Shown here in pieces: positions 30,296-40,034 of a stretch of DNA of 60,069 bases. Both the position numbers and the translations under genes were made by a program. The notes under the pieces were generated by a model. The model was not told the origin of the DNA and did not search any database. It worked only from the letters and a program-made list of their open reading frames with translations. How positions within the stretch are numbered: position 1 is the first letter of the stretch; every line of letters begins with the position of its first letter. The stretch is from a virus (lineage: Duplodnaviria; Caudoviricetes), in the IMG/VR virus record IMGVR_UViG_3300017752_000010, positions 1 to 60,069 of that record, one strand, 5' to 3'.

Positions 30296-32431
30296 ATGTC
30301 TAAGTCGCGCGATATATCAAAACTAAATAGAGGTTTTACCATTGACGGTACTGACCAATCAAGAATTGACTCTGATTTTGTATTATCAGTTTTTAAGAAA
30401 ATTGTCGTAAAAAGAGATGATGCAAATTATGCTGGTGGTAAAGACTCAGAAGTATTTGTTGTAGATGTAGATACTGCTAACCCTGTAGTTCGTATACGTC
30501 ACGATCTTGATTTAAAAGGTAGTCTGAAACTAAATTCTACTCAAAAAGATTCTGATAGAGAGCGTGCATATAATACTTCAAAAGATTATGAAATTCGTAC
30601 TGGTAAGCACTTTGATAGTGACTTTGCTAATCTAGTTATCGATACGCTTATTGGACATGGTAAAGAAGGTGTAGACTACACATCTAATAGATACAATCCT
30701 ATTACTAGGCGTCTCTTAAATGAATTCGCAATTGCTCATATGCATGACGTCAACAATGATAAAGCTCCAGTTGTTGGTCAATATCTTAGATGGAATGGTG
30801 ATGCTTGGGAATCACAAGATCCTGCAGCTGAGGGATCTTTCACTGTTGACTTTCAAGAAGCTGTAATTGCTGCTGCAGCAATTACCGATGGTCAAGATAC
30901 GACCATTGGCTTTTCAAAAGAAATTTCAAACGCGAATGCAATCGTGTTTATCAATGGTGTAGGACCTTTAGTTGACAGTGAATCTTATGGTGATGCTCCA
31001 ACTAACACACAAGATTCTGATAGCGACAAATATTTATCAGTTGAATATACAATTTTGCAAAATGTAACTACTCAAGACGTAGATCAAATTGTTTCTGGTC
31101 CGTCTGACGCTATTACGTTTTATCAAGATGTTAGCACTTTACGTCATGGTGATGAAGTTATTGTGATATCCCCAATTGATGAAACTATTGCTCACTTCTA
31201 TAAAAACTTTAAATTTGCTGATGATGACTTTAAAGTAATGAGACAAGCACGAAATTATTGGGATAGCGATGCTGGAACTTGGTTAGATACTGTTGGTCCA
31301 GCAGCGAAGCACACTCATCAAACATTTAGAATGATCGACTCAGATATCTATGATGATTCTGAAATGGTTATTGCTCGTGTTGGTGGTAGTCCTCTGATTT
31401 TCTTAAATGGTATAAATCTAAATCAAAGAAATGGTGATTTTTACTATTACGATTCTGATTCTGATCAAATTGCCAAGTATTCTGCATCTAGAATGATTGC
31501 ATTTGATTCTGATAATTTTGTATTAGATTCTGATGTTTTAACAGCTCTTTGGGTTAGAAACGTTGGTAATCTTGCATCGCAAAACTTTGAGACTGTAGAA
31601 CATACATTTAGAGTAGATTCTGATAATCATCCTGGTATTACAACGGGTGTCGTAAGAATTGCTGAAATTACCCAAAACTCAAACGATGCTTTGAACAGCT
31701 TGGTGTTTATTAATGGTAGAATTCAGACTAATGTTCCAGTGCTAACATATCAAATTAGAAATGATGATATTGTGTTTCCTGGTAAACTTGATAGCGATGA
31801 CTTTGTATCAATATACTCATTCAGCGGTCCAACTGCTGGTGCTGGAACGATTGGTGGCTTATCAAATGTCGATAGACAAGTAGATTCTGCATTAACTACA
31901 AATGTTGGTGAAGCTCTGGTATTTGATGGCTCTCAATGGACCCATCAGTTCTCTAACACAATTGCTGAATCACCTCAAACAGCTGCTTGGTTGAGAGTTA
32001 CATTTGACTCAGATACTGGTCCAAATCCTAACAAGATTATTGAACGTGCTACTTATGGTTTTGACAGTGATCAGCTGAAATATTCAAGACATGCTGAAGG
32101 CATTTATTACTTCTTGCTTGATTCAGATGTAGTTCCAGTTACGCAAAGTAGTGGAGCATTTATGTCTTTGTCTGTTTCAGTTTGTGCACCACAAGGACAA
32201 CCAATCTTTGCATCGGTTGATGCTCAATCAAACGCTAGTGAGTTATATAGTGCACCTGGTCCAGCACCTGATAGTGATACAGGATTAACAATAGATGTAT
32301 TTGGTGGACAACCACTAATTGCAAATCCAAACGGCAGAGCTATTCGAGTAAGAACATGGGATGCTAACTCTAACCCAATCGACCCAATTCAAGTTAATGT
32401 ACAGTTATGGTTAAAACGTGAAGTTGGCTAA
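30296..32431 (+). CDS. putative tail fibre / virion appendage protein, DS(D/E)-rich
   Basis: Three (V/I)F(I/L)NG beta-domain repeats, two G..L.(W/F).G..W fibre motifs, about 20 DS[D/E]. Confidence 0.7.
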   Translation: MSKSRDISKLNRGFTIDGTDQSRIDSDFVLSVFKKIVVKRDDANYAGGKDSEVFVVDVDTANPVVRIRHDLDLKGSLKLNSTQKDSDRERAYNTSKDYEIRTGKHFDSDFANLVIDTLIGHGKEGVDYTSNRYNPITRRLLNEFAIAHMHDVNNDKAPVVGQYLRWNGDAWESQDPAAEGSFTVDFQEAVIAAAAITDGQDTTIGFSKEISNANAIVFINGVGPLVDSESYGDAPTNTQDSDSDKYLSVEYTILQNVTTQDVDQIVSGPSDAITFYQDVSTLRHGDEVIVISPIDETIAHFYKNFKFADDDFKVMRQARNYWDSDAGTWLDTVGPAAKHTHQTFRMIDSDIYDDSEMVIARVGGSPLIFLNGINLNQRNGDFYYYDSDSDQIAKYSASRMIAFDSDNFVLDSDVLTALWVRNVGNLASQNFETVEHTFRVDSDNHPGITTGVVRIAEITQNSNDALNSLVFINGRIQTNVPVLTYQIRNDDIVFPGKLDSDDFVSIYSFSGPTAGAGTIGGLSNVDRQVDSALTTNVGEALVFDGSQWTHQFSNTIAESPQTAAWLRVTFDSDTGPNPNKIIERATYGFDSDQLKYSRHAEGIYYFLLDSDVVPVTQSSGAFMSLSVSVCAPQGQPIFASVDAQSNASELYSAPGPAPDSDTGLTIDVFGGQPLIANPNGRAIRVRTWDANSNPIDPIQVNVQLWLKREVG

Positions 32432-32455
32432 TAAATATATTCAGGAGAATATGAA

Positions 32456-32899
32456 ATGAAATCGAAGACAAGAAGACTTGCCGAACTAGGCAGTAGAATT
32501 CAGCAAGACAGATATGGTAATATTACTAGTATCAAATCTAAAGGATTAACTACAGAAACTGCTGATTTTACGAGTAGTTTAAATGGAGTCGATGGAACAT
32601 TTTCTGGAAATGTAGATGTACAAGGTTCTTTTGGTAGTGTCCAAGATTTAACTGGCACGGGTTCAGTAGTAGCTCAGAGCTTTGTAACAACTGTAATCCA
32701 CAATGGTACAGGAACAATCACTGTTCCAACTGATGGATTTGCAAAAGGATCACAAATTAGTATCGTTACTAATGGAACTATTAACAATATCGATTGGGGT
32801 GATAGCTCTAAAGGTATTTCATTAGGTGGAGCCACAAAGATGGCTTCTGGAACTTTTGATGGTGTTAAATGGTTCTATTCAGAAGCTGCGACGAACTAA
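32456..32899 (+). CDS. putative virion / fibre protein
   Basis: AGGAG SD and AATAAATA upstream; G/T/S-rich beta-strand composition. Confidence 0.65.
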   Translation: MKSKTRRLAELGSRIQQDRYGNITSIKSKGLTTETADFTSSLNGVDGTFSGNVDVQGSFGSVQDLTGTGSVVAQSFVTTVIHNGTGTITVPTDGFAKGSQISIVTNGTINNIDWGDSSKGISLGGATKMASGTFDGVKWFYSEAATN

Positions 32900-32903
32900 T
32901 GAT

Positions 32904-33299
32904 ATGCATGTACATAACACACTCTACATCAAACTCGATTCAGACTACGTAAATCACAAACTCACATTTGCTGATAGCGAAAGTGTTACATCAATTGTTG
33001 TTGAAGTTCCTGAAGGAATTAATATTACAAGCACTTTTGGTAATTATGCTCTTGATATTCCTAAACTTCCTAATATAGCTTTTATCAAGATTATAGTTGA
33101 TGGAACTATTATTGGTGAAGGCGGAAATAATTGGGGTGGTGGAATCATAAACAGAAATCCTACGTGTTATGCTCTTTGCACTTCAAACACAGGACAAGGC
33201 ATTGTAAGAGGTGGCGGTGGCACTAGTGGATATATTAGATATGCATTAGCTGGAAAATTCAACGCTTTGAAAAACCCTCCACGCCTTTTTAACTTCTAA
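32904..33299 (+). CDS. putative fibre-tip / glycine-rich adhesin-like protein
   Basis: Start re-assigned to ATG 32904; GTIIGEGG and GIVRGGGG motifs reminiscent of gp38-type adhesins. Confidence 0.55.
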   Translation: MHVHNTLYIKLDSDYVNHKLTFADSESVTSIVVEVPEGINITSTFGNYALDIPKLPNIAFIKIIVDGTIIGEGGNNWGGGIINRNPTCYALCTSNTGQGIVRGGGGTSGYIRYALAGKFNALKNPPRLFNF

Positions 33300-34042
33300 T
33301 GGCATTACGCACCCCACCTCAAAGATCTATTGGCAAGACTTACGCTCGTAAAGCTTCAAAAATGATTAGAACATTTTTCATTACAAATGATAGTGATTCT
33401 ATTGTAATGAAATTTGATCATGAGACCCATCCTTTTTCTACAAAGTTACATAAACTACAAGTTGATTCAGGTGGAGCATTTACATCTTCTGTACCTACCA
33501 CATTTAATGGTACTGTTAATTTTAACTTTGATCAGAATAATATTTTTGATGTTGAATATCCAACGGTAAAAATTGGTGCTGATAATGGATCATCTACAAA
33601 ATTTAATTTTGGATCATCTGTATCAGAAGATTCAGATACCACTATGATTATAGATGGCACTACTGATATTCATGGTGCTGTCTATTTTAGACCTCTTTCA
33701 GAAGTTTTTATTTCAGCTGACTCTTTAAATACGCCTTTTAATAATGAAGTTGCCTTTAACGCTGCAATTTCTATCGACTCTGATTTAAGTGGTGGAAGTG
33801 TATTTGATAGTGAAATTACAGGTACTACGCTGAATGTAATTAATTTAAGAGGCGGAGATGCTGAAGGAGATAATGAGCATTTCGGAGATTCTACTTCCGG
33901 GCATGGTCTCTTTTTAGGAAGTCAAGAAATTGTTTTTAACGCTGCAAAGAATCTTACAATTTGCGGTGTAACTGGAACATATGATTCAGATATTTTGTTA
34001 CCAAATGGTTTGGCAACTCAGTTCTTCGATATAAGGAATTAA
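33299..34042 (+). CDS. putative fibre protein
   Basis: Beta-helix-like composition, 5 DS[D/E], coupled to the previous ORF. Confidence 0.6.
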   Translation: MALRTPPQRSIGKTYARKASKMIRTFFITNDSDSIVMKFDHETHPFSTKLHKLQVDSGGAFTSSVPTTFNGTVNFNFDQNNIFDVEYPTVKIGADNGSSTKFNFGSSVSEDSDTTMIIDGTTDIHGAVYFRPLSEVFISADSLNTPFNNEVAFNAAISIDSDLSGGSVFDSEITGTTLNVINLRGGDAEGDNEHFGDSTSGHGLFLGSQEIVFNAAKNLTICGVTGTYDSDILLPNGLATQFFDIRN

Positions 34043-34049
34043 ATAGAGT

Positions 34050-34634
34050 ATGGCACGTCAAAAATCAAAAGCCCGTCTTCACGCAGATTTGGTTCATCAG
34101 ATCAAAACTAATGAAGATGGTGAAATTGTAGAACTAAATCTAAACGAAGCTATTAATTTCAAAAGTGTTGAAATTGATGGTGATCATCCTGATGATTTTT
34201 TTATTGTAAATTCAGCCGCAACATTCAATAATGATATTACTTTTTCTAGTTCAACAGGAACTTTAACGATTGATGCTGGAGTAGTTAACTTTGGTGTTGA
34301 CTCAGATGTTGCTGAAACTTTAACATTTGGTTATGATTCTGATGATAAGTGGGAAGTATTTGGTACTCTTGATATCAAAGGTAGAGCTTACTTGCGCAAT
34401 GGTACTGTTTTTGATGGTCCAGTCACAGTAAATAGTACAACATCGTTTGGTAGAAGAATTAGTGGTACTGCTGCAACATTTTCTGGAGCTTTAACTGCTG
34501 GAACTGTAACAGCTACGACAGCAAATGTTACAAATCTTAACTTTGGTTCGAGTACCTATACAGGCACTAATAATTTTGTAATTCAAAACTTATCTGGCAC
34601 TGAAGTCTTCAGTGCTCATGGATTCACTACTTAA
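34050..34634 (+). CDS. putative fibre protein
   Basis: KSKARLHADL N-terminus, beta-helix-like T/G-rich body, ATTAAATA 4 nt before the ATG. Confidence 0.6.
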   Translation: MARQKSKARLHADLVHQIKTNEDGEIVELNLNEAINFKSVEIDGDHPDDFFIVNSAATFNNDITFSSSTGTLTIDAGVVNFGVDSDVAETLTFGYDSDDKWEVFGTLDIKGRAYLRNGTVFDGPVTVNSTTSFGRRISGTAATFSGALTAGTVTATTANVTNLNFGSSTYTGTNNFVIQNLSGTEVFSAHGFTT

Positions 34635-34747
34635 CTAGCTGCTTCGGTATCTCTGTTGTATGAATACTAATCTCTTCATGAATCGGTGCACGCGGTGATT
34701 GATCTTCAGACTTATCACACTTACAAGTTTTACATTTACATATATCG

Positions 34748-34939
34748 TTATTCAGGTTGAGCTCCAGTTGCTTCATTAGACTTTTCCTCTGCTTGATTTG
34801 TTGCATGTTCAACAAACTTAACTATTTTCATTCGTAAAGAACCAACAGGTAAAAGTTCTTCTCCTGTAAAAGCTCCACGCTCTGAACAAGCATCAATTAC
34901 TTTGACGATGTCTATCATATCTTGTACTGAAATTTTCAT
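34748..34939 (-). CDS. small hypothetical protein
   Basis: AAGGA SD; IDACSERGAF.GEEL..VG.LR motif recalled from T4-like phages. Confidence 0.65.
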   Translation of the reverse strand: MKISVQDMIDIVKVIDACSERGAFTGEELLPVGSLRMKIVKFVEHATNQAEEKSNEATGAQPE

Positions 34940-34954
34940 AATATAAATCCTTTT

Positions 34955-35416
34955 TTACTTTTTGCGACCTTTGTCTATTGCTCTTGAACCGAACCAAAAT
35001 GAGATGATAGCCGCAAATATTGCTTTTGTATCTTCATCCCAAAGAACATTAAGAGATTCTGAAATCGATTTGCCTTGACCTAATGCTTCTCTTAAAAGAG
35101 TTACTTCAATAACTACAAACAATCCGAAAAAACAATAAGTGATTACTGGTCTTACTGATTTTTGTAAGCTTGCGACAAATCCAGTTCCTTGATTAATGCT
35201 AATATCGTGTTGCACTAATCGTGAATGTTCTGCATCATCTGCTTTAGTTTCATACATCCGATACTCTTGGTCAAATCCAGCAGCTCTTAGCTCTGCCATC
35301 TTTTCCATCTTTTTGAGTTCAAACTTTTGTTCATTTTTTGCTTTGAAGTGATCAGTAATGGCTGGAACGATTGAACCACCAAAACCTAATGCACTACCTA
35401 AAATTCCACTTAACAT
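34955..35416 (-). CDS. holin-like membrane protein (3TM family)
   Basis: Hydrophobic N-terminus, SVRPVITY, two C-terminal TM segments, FWFGSR, basic tail; adjacent to a peptidase. Confidence 0.7.
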   Translation of the reverse strand: MLSGILGSALGFGGSIVPAITDHFKAKNEQKFELKKMEKMAELRAAGFDQEYRMYETKADDAEHSRLVQHDISINQGTGFVASLQKSVRPVITYCFFGLFVVIEVTLLREALGQGKSISESLNVLWDEDTKAIFAAIISFWFGSRAIDKGRKK

Positions 35417-35425
35417 AATAGATCC

Positions 35426-35887
35426 TTATTCAATAAGACCAGTTTTGTAAACTGTCTTTCCATCTTCTTTCATGGCAGTTAATACTGATTTGCGATTTTC
35501 TGCATTAGCTACTGATACATGTACCCAACCTGAATCTGGTATTCCTGGAGTATAAAATTCTAAAATTAGCTGATCAAAATCAAGGTTTTCTTCTATGAAC
35601 TTAGCAACTTCATAATTAGAAGTTCCAGGACATTCAATATCTACTGCTTCACCTTTACAGTGTTGTGATCTGGAAGAACCGCCGACAGCTTCATTTAATT
35701 CTGGTCCACGATATCCTGAATTAATTGTGGTAACACCAAACTTATCTCGTACTGGTTGTACTACAGTTTCAAACAAGAGCTTTGCAGCATCTAGATGTTC
35801 TGGAGATGGTGTGTTATCAATTCCTTGTCTAAGGGCAGTTTGTGATTTGATAAATTCTTGCAATGTAAAGTTTTTTGAAAGTCTCAT
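35426..35887 (-). CDS. peptidase M15A family endolysin
   Basis: LSKNF.L.E, SGYR...N..VGG..SQH..G.AVD, FDQLILE, WVHVS. Confidence 0.88.
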   Translation of the reverse strand: MRLSKNFTLQEFIKSQTALRQGIDNTPSPEHLDAAKLLFETVVQPVRDKFGVTTINSGYRGPELNEAVGGSSRSQHCKGEAVDIECPGTSNYEVAKFIEENLDFDQLILEFYTPGIPDSGWVHVSVANAENRKSVLTAMKEDGKTVYKTGLIE

Positions 35888-35902
35888 TATATACTCCTAC
35901 TT

Positions 35903-35910
35903 TATTTATA
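35903..35910 (-). promoter_or_regulatory. T4-type late promoter TATAAATA for the lysis genes
   Basis: Exact TATAAATA, followed by an AGGAG SD and the ATG at 35887. Confidence 0.7.
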
Positions 35911-36958
35911 GATCTTGCCAAGTACCTTCTTTTGTGCCGATTATTTTGTAATATGGTTTTGATTTATGAATAGCAATGACATCTTTTAACCACTCAGTAA
36001 CTGATTCAGATTTAGGATGCTCTTTTGCAAACTTCCAATACTTTTGTAATGGTGAATTTAAGGTATTTTCATCATAAAAAGAATCTGGCTGTTTTGATCT
36101 TTGTTCTGCTGTTTTGATAATGGTGTAAACATTGCACCACTCATTATTAAGATTTTGTGCTGTGCGTTTTAAATTTTGAATTTCGAGATACGCGTTAAGT
36201 TGCTCTTCCTTAAAACGAGATTTAGATTTTTTAAATTCTTGAGAGTTTAAAATGTATTTTCTAATAGACATTTTTAATGCTCTTGTTGTTTTTACTAAAT
36301 CTTTCCATGCATCAGTCTGTTCTATTTCTCTAATACTATCACCAGTATTATCAAATTTCCATTGATTAGTTCTTTGTGCACCAGCGGTGTGATCACTAGT
36401 CCTTGCCTGTAGAGCTTCTGTATAAGTTGTTATTGAAGGTTTTTCAGACTGTTCCGGTTCTGGCGCTTTTACTTCTGTTTCATCAGGTTCATCTTGAGTA
36501 GGAGCAACAGATGGCGTAGTGGCGGGTTTTGCTAATTTTTCAATGTTGCCATCAGGATCAAGTTCTAAATTTTCTATTTCACAAACATCAGGCTTGTTCT
36601 TAAAAAAGTCTGGTAAATCAGGAAAGTCTATATCAAAACTAAAATCAGGTAGACTTGGTACCGCTGAATCTACTATACTATCAATCTTGTCGCCAAGCGC
36701 ACCAAATTTCTCTTTCAAAGCTAATTTAGCTGCTTCAAGTTTTGGACCTTGACCCATTGATTGAAGTTTTCTTAATTCATCTTGTAAGCTAATTTTTGGA
36801 ATTTTTGAAGCTACTGCATTTTCGAAATCAGCAAGCGCTTGATCTGCACTTGCTGCAAGAGCATCTAGTCCAGCTGCTCCGCTGTCTGCTGCTGCTTTGA
36901 TTGAATCTCCTAAACTAGTAAGAGCTTCAATACCTTTATTTTCTCCACACTTTGCCAT
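35906..36958 (-). CDS. hypothetical protein
   Basis: 350-aa ORF with an Ala-rich helical N-terminus and P/E-rich linker; downstream of gp5. Confidence 0.65.
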   Translation of the reverse strand: MAKCGENKGIEALTSLGDSIKAAADSGAAGLDALAASADQALADFENAVASKIPKISLQDELRKLQSMGQGPKLEAAKLALKEKFGALGDKIDSIVDSAVPSLPDFSFDIDFPDLPDFFKNKPDVCEIENLELDPDGNIEKLAKPATTPSVAPTQDEPDETEVKAPEPEQSEKPSITTYTEALQARTSDHTAGAQRTNQWKFDNTGDSIREIEQTDAWKDLVKTTRALKMSIRKYILNSQEFKKSKSRFKEEQLNAYLEIQNLKRTAQNLNNEWCNVYTIIKTAEQRSKQPDSFYDENTLNSPLQKYWKFAKEHPKSESVTEWLKDVIAIHKSKPYYKIIGTKEGTWQDL

Positions 36959-37494
36959 TATGCTACTTTCACTATGCTAATATTTCCATTGTCAATGCTA
37001 AAAGCCGAAGTATCTACATTTGCTGCTTTTAAACGCAATGTATCACCAACACTAATATCAATTAAAACATTTGAAATAGTATAATGATATTCTTCGCCGC
37101 TCACTGTACCAGTTGATGTATACCCATATAAGCTTTCATCCTCATAAATAGAATCATTCAAATGTAATGGAAAAGCAATTCCATCGTTCACTGAAATGCC
37201 AGCGCTTTGAGAACCTGAAATAGTGTAACTAACTGAATAAACACCCTTTTGAGTAAATGTAAAAGTATCTGAGTCATACGTTATTCCACGATTGAAACTA
37301 GATTGATTTGCGAAAGCAATGGAATCGCCAGTTACGGCAGGGCTAATACTAGTCGGATTCCAGCACATTGCAAGGGGTTGTTGAGGCGTAGAAATGATTC
37401 CACCACTAGTAATGTTTAAAATTTCAGAATCGCCATTAGTATCCGTAAAGATTACTTCATCACCGGCATTATTAATTTTAGCATCGATAGTCAT
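36958..37494 (-). CDS. C1q/TNF-like jelly-roll virion protein
   Basis: GITYD..TFTF..KG.Y.V.Y, L.VGDTL.L pattern. Confidence 0.55.
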   Translation of the reverse strand: MTIDAKINNAGDEVIFTDTNGDSEILNITSGGIISTPQQPLAMCWNPTSISPAVTGDSIAFANQSSFNRGITYDSDTFTFTQKGVYSVSYTISGSQSAGISVNDGIAFPLHLNDSIYEDESLYGYTSTGTVSGEEYHYTISNVLIDISVGDTLRLKAANVDTSAFSIDNGNISIVKVA

Positions 37495-37503
37495 CTATAT
37501 CTC

Positions 37504-38847
37504 CTAGTTTGGCGGCGTTGTTGTACCAGCACCCAAGCCGGCAGAATCTGTGTGTGTATGCGATGACAATGCTATACCATTACCAGTTACTTCACCAGTT
37601 GAAGTTGTGGTACCAGAAACTGTAGCATTTCCAGTAATATTTGTATCTCCTACAATATCTGTAGGATTTTGAATAGTTGTCAGATCAGCTTTTATAGTTT
37701 GATTACCACTTACAGAAATTTTCATATCTTTCAAAGAAGATACATTCATCTTCTTGCCGCTAAATATAGTTGTTTCACCAGTTGCACTTATTAAAAGATC
37801 ATCTTTGATGATAAGGTTTTCATTAGCTCCGATAGTTGTGGTTCTATCACCCTCTACAGATCTAATTTCAGCAACTCCTACCCGCAAATTCTTATTGTTG
37901 GTAATATTTGTAGAAACGTCTTGACCTACTTCTAACAAATCATTAAATTTAATTTTGGTTTGACGATTGCCCAATATCTTTTCGTGTTTATCACCCTCTA
38001 CTTCGAGAAAGTAATTACCTTTTACTAATTGCTTATAATCGCCTTCAACAGTCATGTTTACTGAACCTTTGACATATATATTTTCACTGCCAAAAACAAC
38101 GCTATATTTATCACCAACAATTGTAATAGTTTCATCACCATTATCTTGAATTTCCCAATTAGAACCACTAGCATGAAATTGAGAGATTCTATTATTACCG
38201 GGTGTATCATCTACCTCAAGGACATGACCACTTTCAGTTTCAGTTACTTTGTTGAATGGATATACTGGTTCTTTACCTTGCTGAACTTCAGGCATATTCC
38301 AAGTTGTTCTTTCATAGAAAGAATCTGCTTCAGGTGGGCCTACAGTATCTACTTTTGGTGCAATTGCAATTGGTATATTTAGCTGTCTTAGTTCATCCTT
38401 AAGTTGATATGAAATATGCTTTTTGTATTCTTCACGTCTTGCTGAATGCGGTGTATCTACTTGATCATCACCATATCGTACAGGATGAATATTCTCAGGA
38501 TCATTAAAACCTTTTTCAAAGTTTGGTATGTATGGTCTAGATGGAAGTGTACCCATAACAAAAGGCTTTTGCATGCTTTCTGCATCAAGAAAATATCCAA
38601 ACACCCAAGAGCCTTGAACAATACCAGTAGCTGATTGACCTACACCACCTAAACTTGCAGATGTTATTGGCATCATGACCATAGACCATGGCAAACTTTC
38701 TGTAGGAATTAAGGTTTTGTCATCAGAATGCAAACCATATATGCGCACTTTAACACGACCCATTTCTTCAGGATCATTTCTATCTTCTACTACGCCTACA
38801 AACCAATAAAATTGGCCATGACCTACATCGCCTTTATCGCCTATCAT
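37504..38847 (-). CDS. gp5: baseplate hub / tail spike gp5 (no lysozyme domain)
   Basis: WFVGVVEDRNDP..GRV.VR..G.H, LPW, GSWVFG.FLD, YP.NKV..TESGH..E.DDTPG, beta-helix repeats, C-terminal HTH. Confidence 0.9.
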   Translation of the reverse strand: MIGDKGDVGHGQFYWFVGVVEDRNDPEEMGRVKVRIYGLHSDDKTLIPTESLPWSMVMMPITSASLGGVGQSATGIVQGSWVFGYFLDAESMQKPFVMGTLPSRPYIPNFEKGFNDPENIHPVRYGDDQVDTPHSARREEYKKHISYQLKDELRQLNIPIAIAPKVDTVGPPEADSFYERTTWNMPEVQQGKEPVYPFNKVTETESGHVLEVDDTPGNNRISQFHASGSNWEIQDNGDETITIVGDKYSVVFGSENIYVKGSVNMTVEGDYKQLVKGNYFLEVEGDKHEKILGNRQTKIKFNDLLEVGQDVSTNITNNKNLRVGVAEIRSVEGDRTTTIGANENLIIKDDLLISATGETTIFSGKKMNVSSLKDMKISVSGNQTIKADLTTIQNPTDIVGDTNITGNATVSGTTTSTGEVTGNGIALSSHTHTDSAGLGAGTTTPPN

Positions 38848-40034
38848 TATAAGCCATCCTTTACTAGATCAAGAGAAGTCATAAATTGCTTATCTTTAAA
38901 AGTATCTCTTTTACCAACTACAAAATATTTCCCACTCCATACTTTATCAAGATTTCCTTGTTTGTTTTCAGGAGCTGGTTCAGGAATTTTAATACTCAGC
39001 ACTTGACCAATATCGATATCTTGATTTCCGTGAATATTAATAGAAATAGCTTGGTTATAACCATTTACTGAACTTCTTTTGATTTGTGATATATCAATAT
39101 CAGCATTATCAGTATTTACGCGAATAATTCCAGGCTTATACTCGTTGTATGGATAAAAGTAACCTTCATTTAGATACGAATCTTTTTCGTGATTCTTATA
39201 ATAATCATAGTCTATAATTTCAGTATTTTTATTTTCAATATCAATATTGTAGTTTCTGCCAAAAAGATACCCATCTCTCAAAGCTCTAGTAATGTCAAAT
39301 GTTTCTTTGTAATCTATTGATAAAATAGTTTTCATATCCTTAGCGGTATCCGGCATATCATTTGCTGAATTTTGCTTTCTTTGTATTGATTGATTGAGTG
39401 TAAAAGTATCTGCTGGTTTGTCTTTATATAGATCAATAGATCTTTCAATTGGCATAAAATTATAAAGACCTTTACTATCTTGATAAAATCTAAATCTTAC
39501 ATCTTTATGTTCATCACGAGCTTTTGATGCCAGCCATTTTAAAGCTTTGATAGGACTCCAATTAGGTATAACAATATTTTTGTTACCTAAGGAACCATCA
39601 AAAATGCCAAATTTCTCTGTAGTAGTTTCTTTAAATATTTTCAAAGCAATTTCTCCATAAGTTCCAGAGTATGACTTTGATATTTTTGCAAACTGAGATA
39701 TAAAAGCAAGTTCAGAAATTGCTTCTAAGATATACGCTCTTTGAGTTGTTAAATTTTGAATTGCAGAAACTTTTGTTACTACGAGTTTATAATTTCTTTT
39801 TGTGCCATTGATTGTTATTTGCGTATCAATAGGTAATCCACCTTGTACAGGCATTTTACCCAAAAGATTCACTGCATCGATGATTACGAAACGCATCACA
39901 TTAGTAGAATCCATAACACTAGCAAATACGTTTATTTCGTTTACTAAACCTGTAATATCTGTTGAATTGTCATCAGTGCCAAGTTTTACGTATTCGAGCT
40001 TAAAACTCCCTGGTAGAGTTTGTTTAGCCATCAA
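38847..40034 (-). CDS. baseplate hub / tail protein (gp27-like)
   Basis: Between gp53 and gp5; IPNWSP..A..WL, GQV..I, SGKY.V motifs. Confidence 0.7.
   Translation of the reverse strand: MMAKQTLPGSFKLEYVKLGTDDNSTDITGLVNEINVFASVMDSTNVMRFVIIDAVNLLGKMPVQGGLPIDTQITINGTKRNYKLVVTKVSAIQNLTTQRAYILEAISELAFISQFAKISKSYSGTYGEIALKIFKETTTEKFGIFDGSLGNKNIVIPNWSPIKALKWLASKARDEHKDVRFRFYQDSKGLYNFMPIERSIDLYKDKPADTFTLNQSIQRKQNSANDMPDTAKDMKTILSIDYKETFDITRALRDGYLFGRNYNIDIENKNTEIIDYDYYKNHEKDSYLNEGYFYPYNEYKPGIIRVNTDNADIDISQIKRSSVNGYNQAISINIHGNQDIDIGQVLSIKIPEPAPENKQGNLDKVWSGKYFVVGKRDTFKDKQFMTSLDLVKDGL

Noticed and set aside
7763-32431. Recurrent GATTC(A/T)GA / TC(A/T)GAATC strings as a DNA-level repeat or binding site
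   Set aside because: Where checked they are in the Asp-Ser-Asp/Glu frame, follow the coding strand, and alternate with AGC/AGT Ser codons. The signal is at the protein level.
34636-34656. C-TTCG-G hairpin as a terminator
   Set aside because: The stem is short and mismatched and has no clear U-tract.
34627-34815. 62-aa ORF with CKCKTCKC (metallothionein-like)
   Set aside because: Its start lies inside the upstream gene and there is no clear SD or ATG for the Cys-rich part. It cannot be supported, although a small peptide is not excluded.
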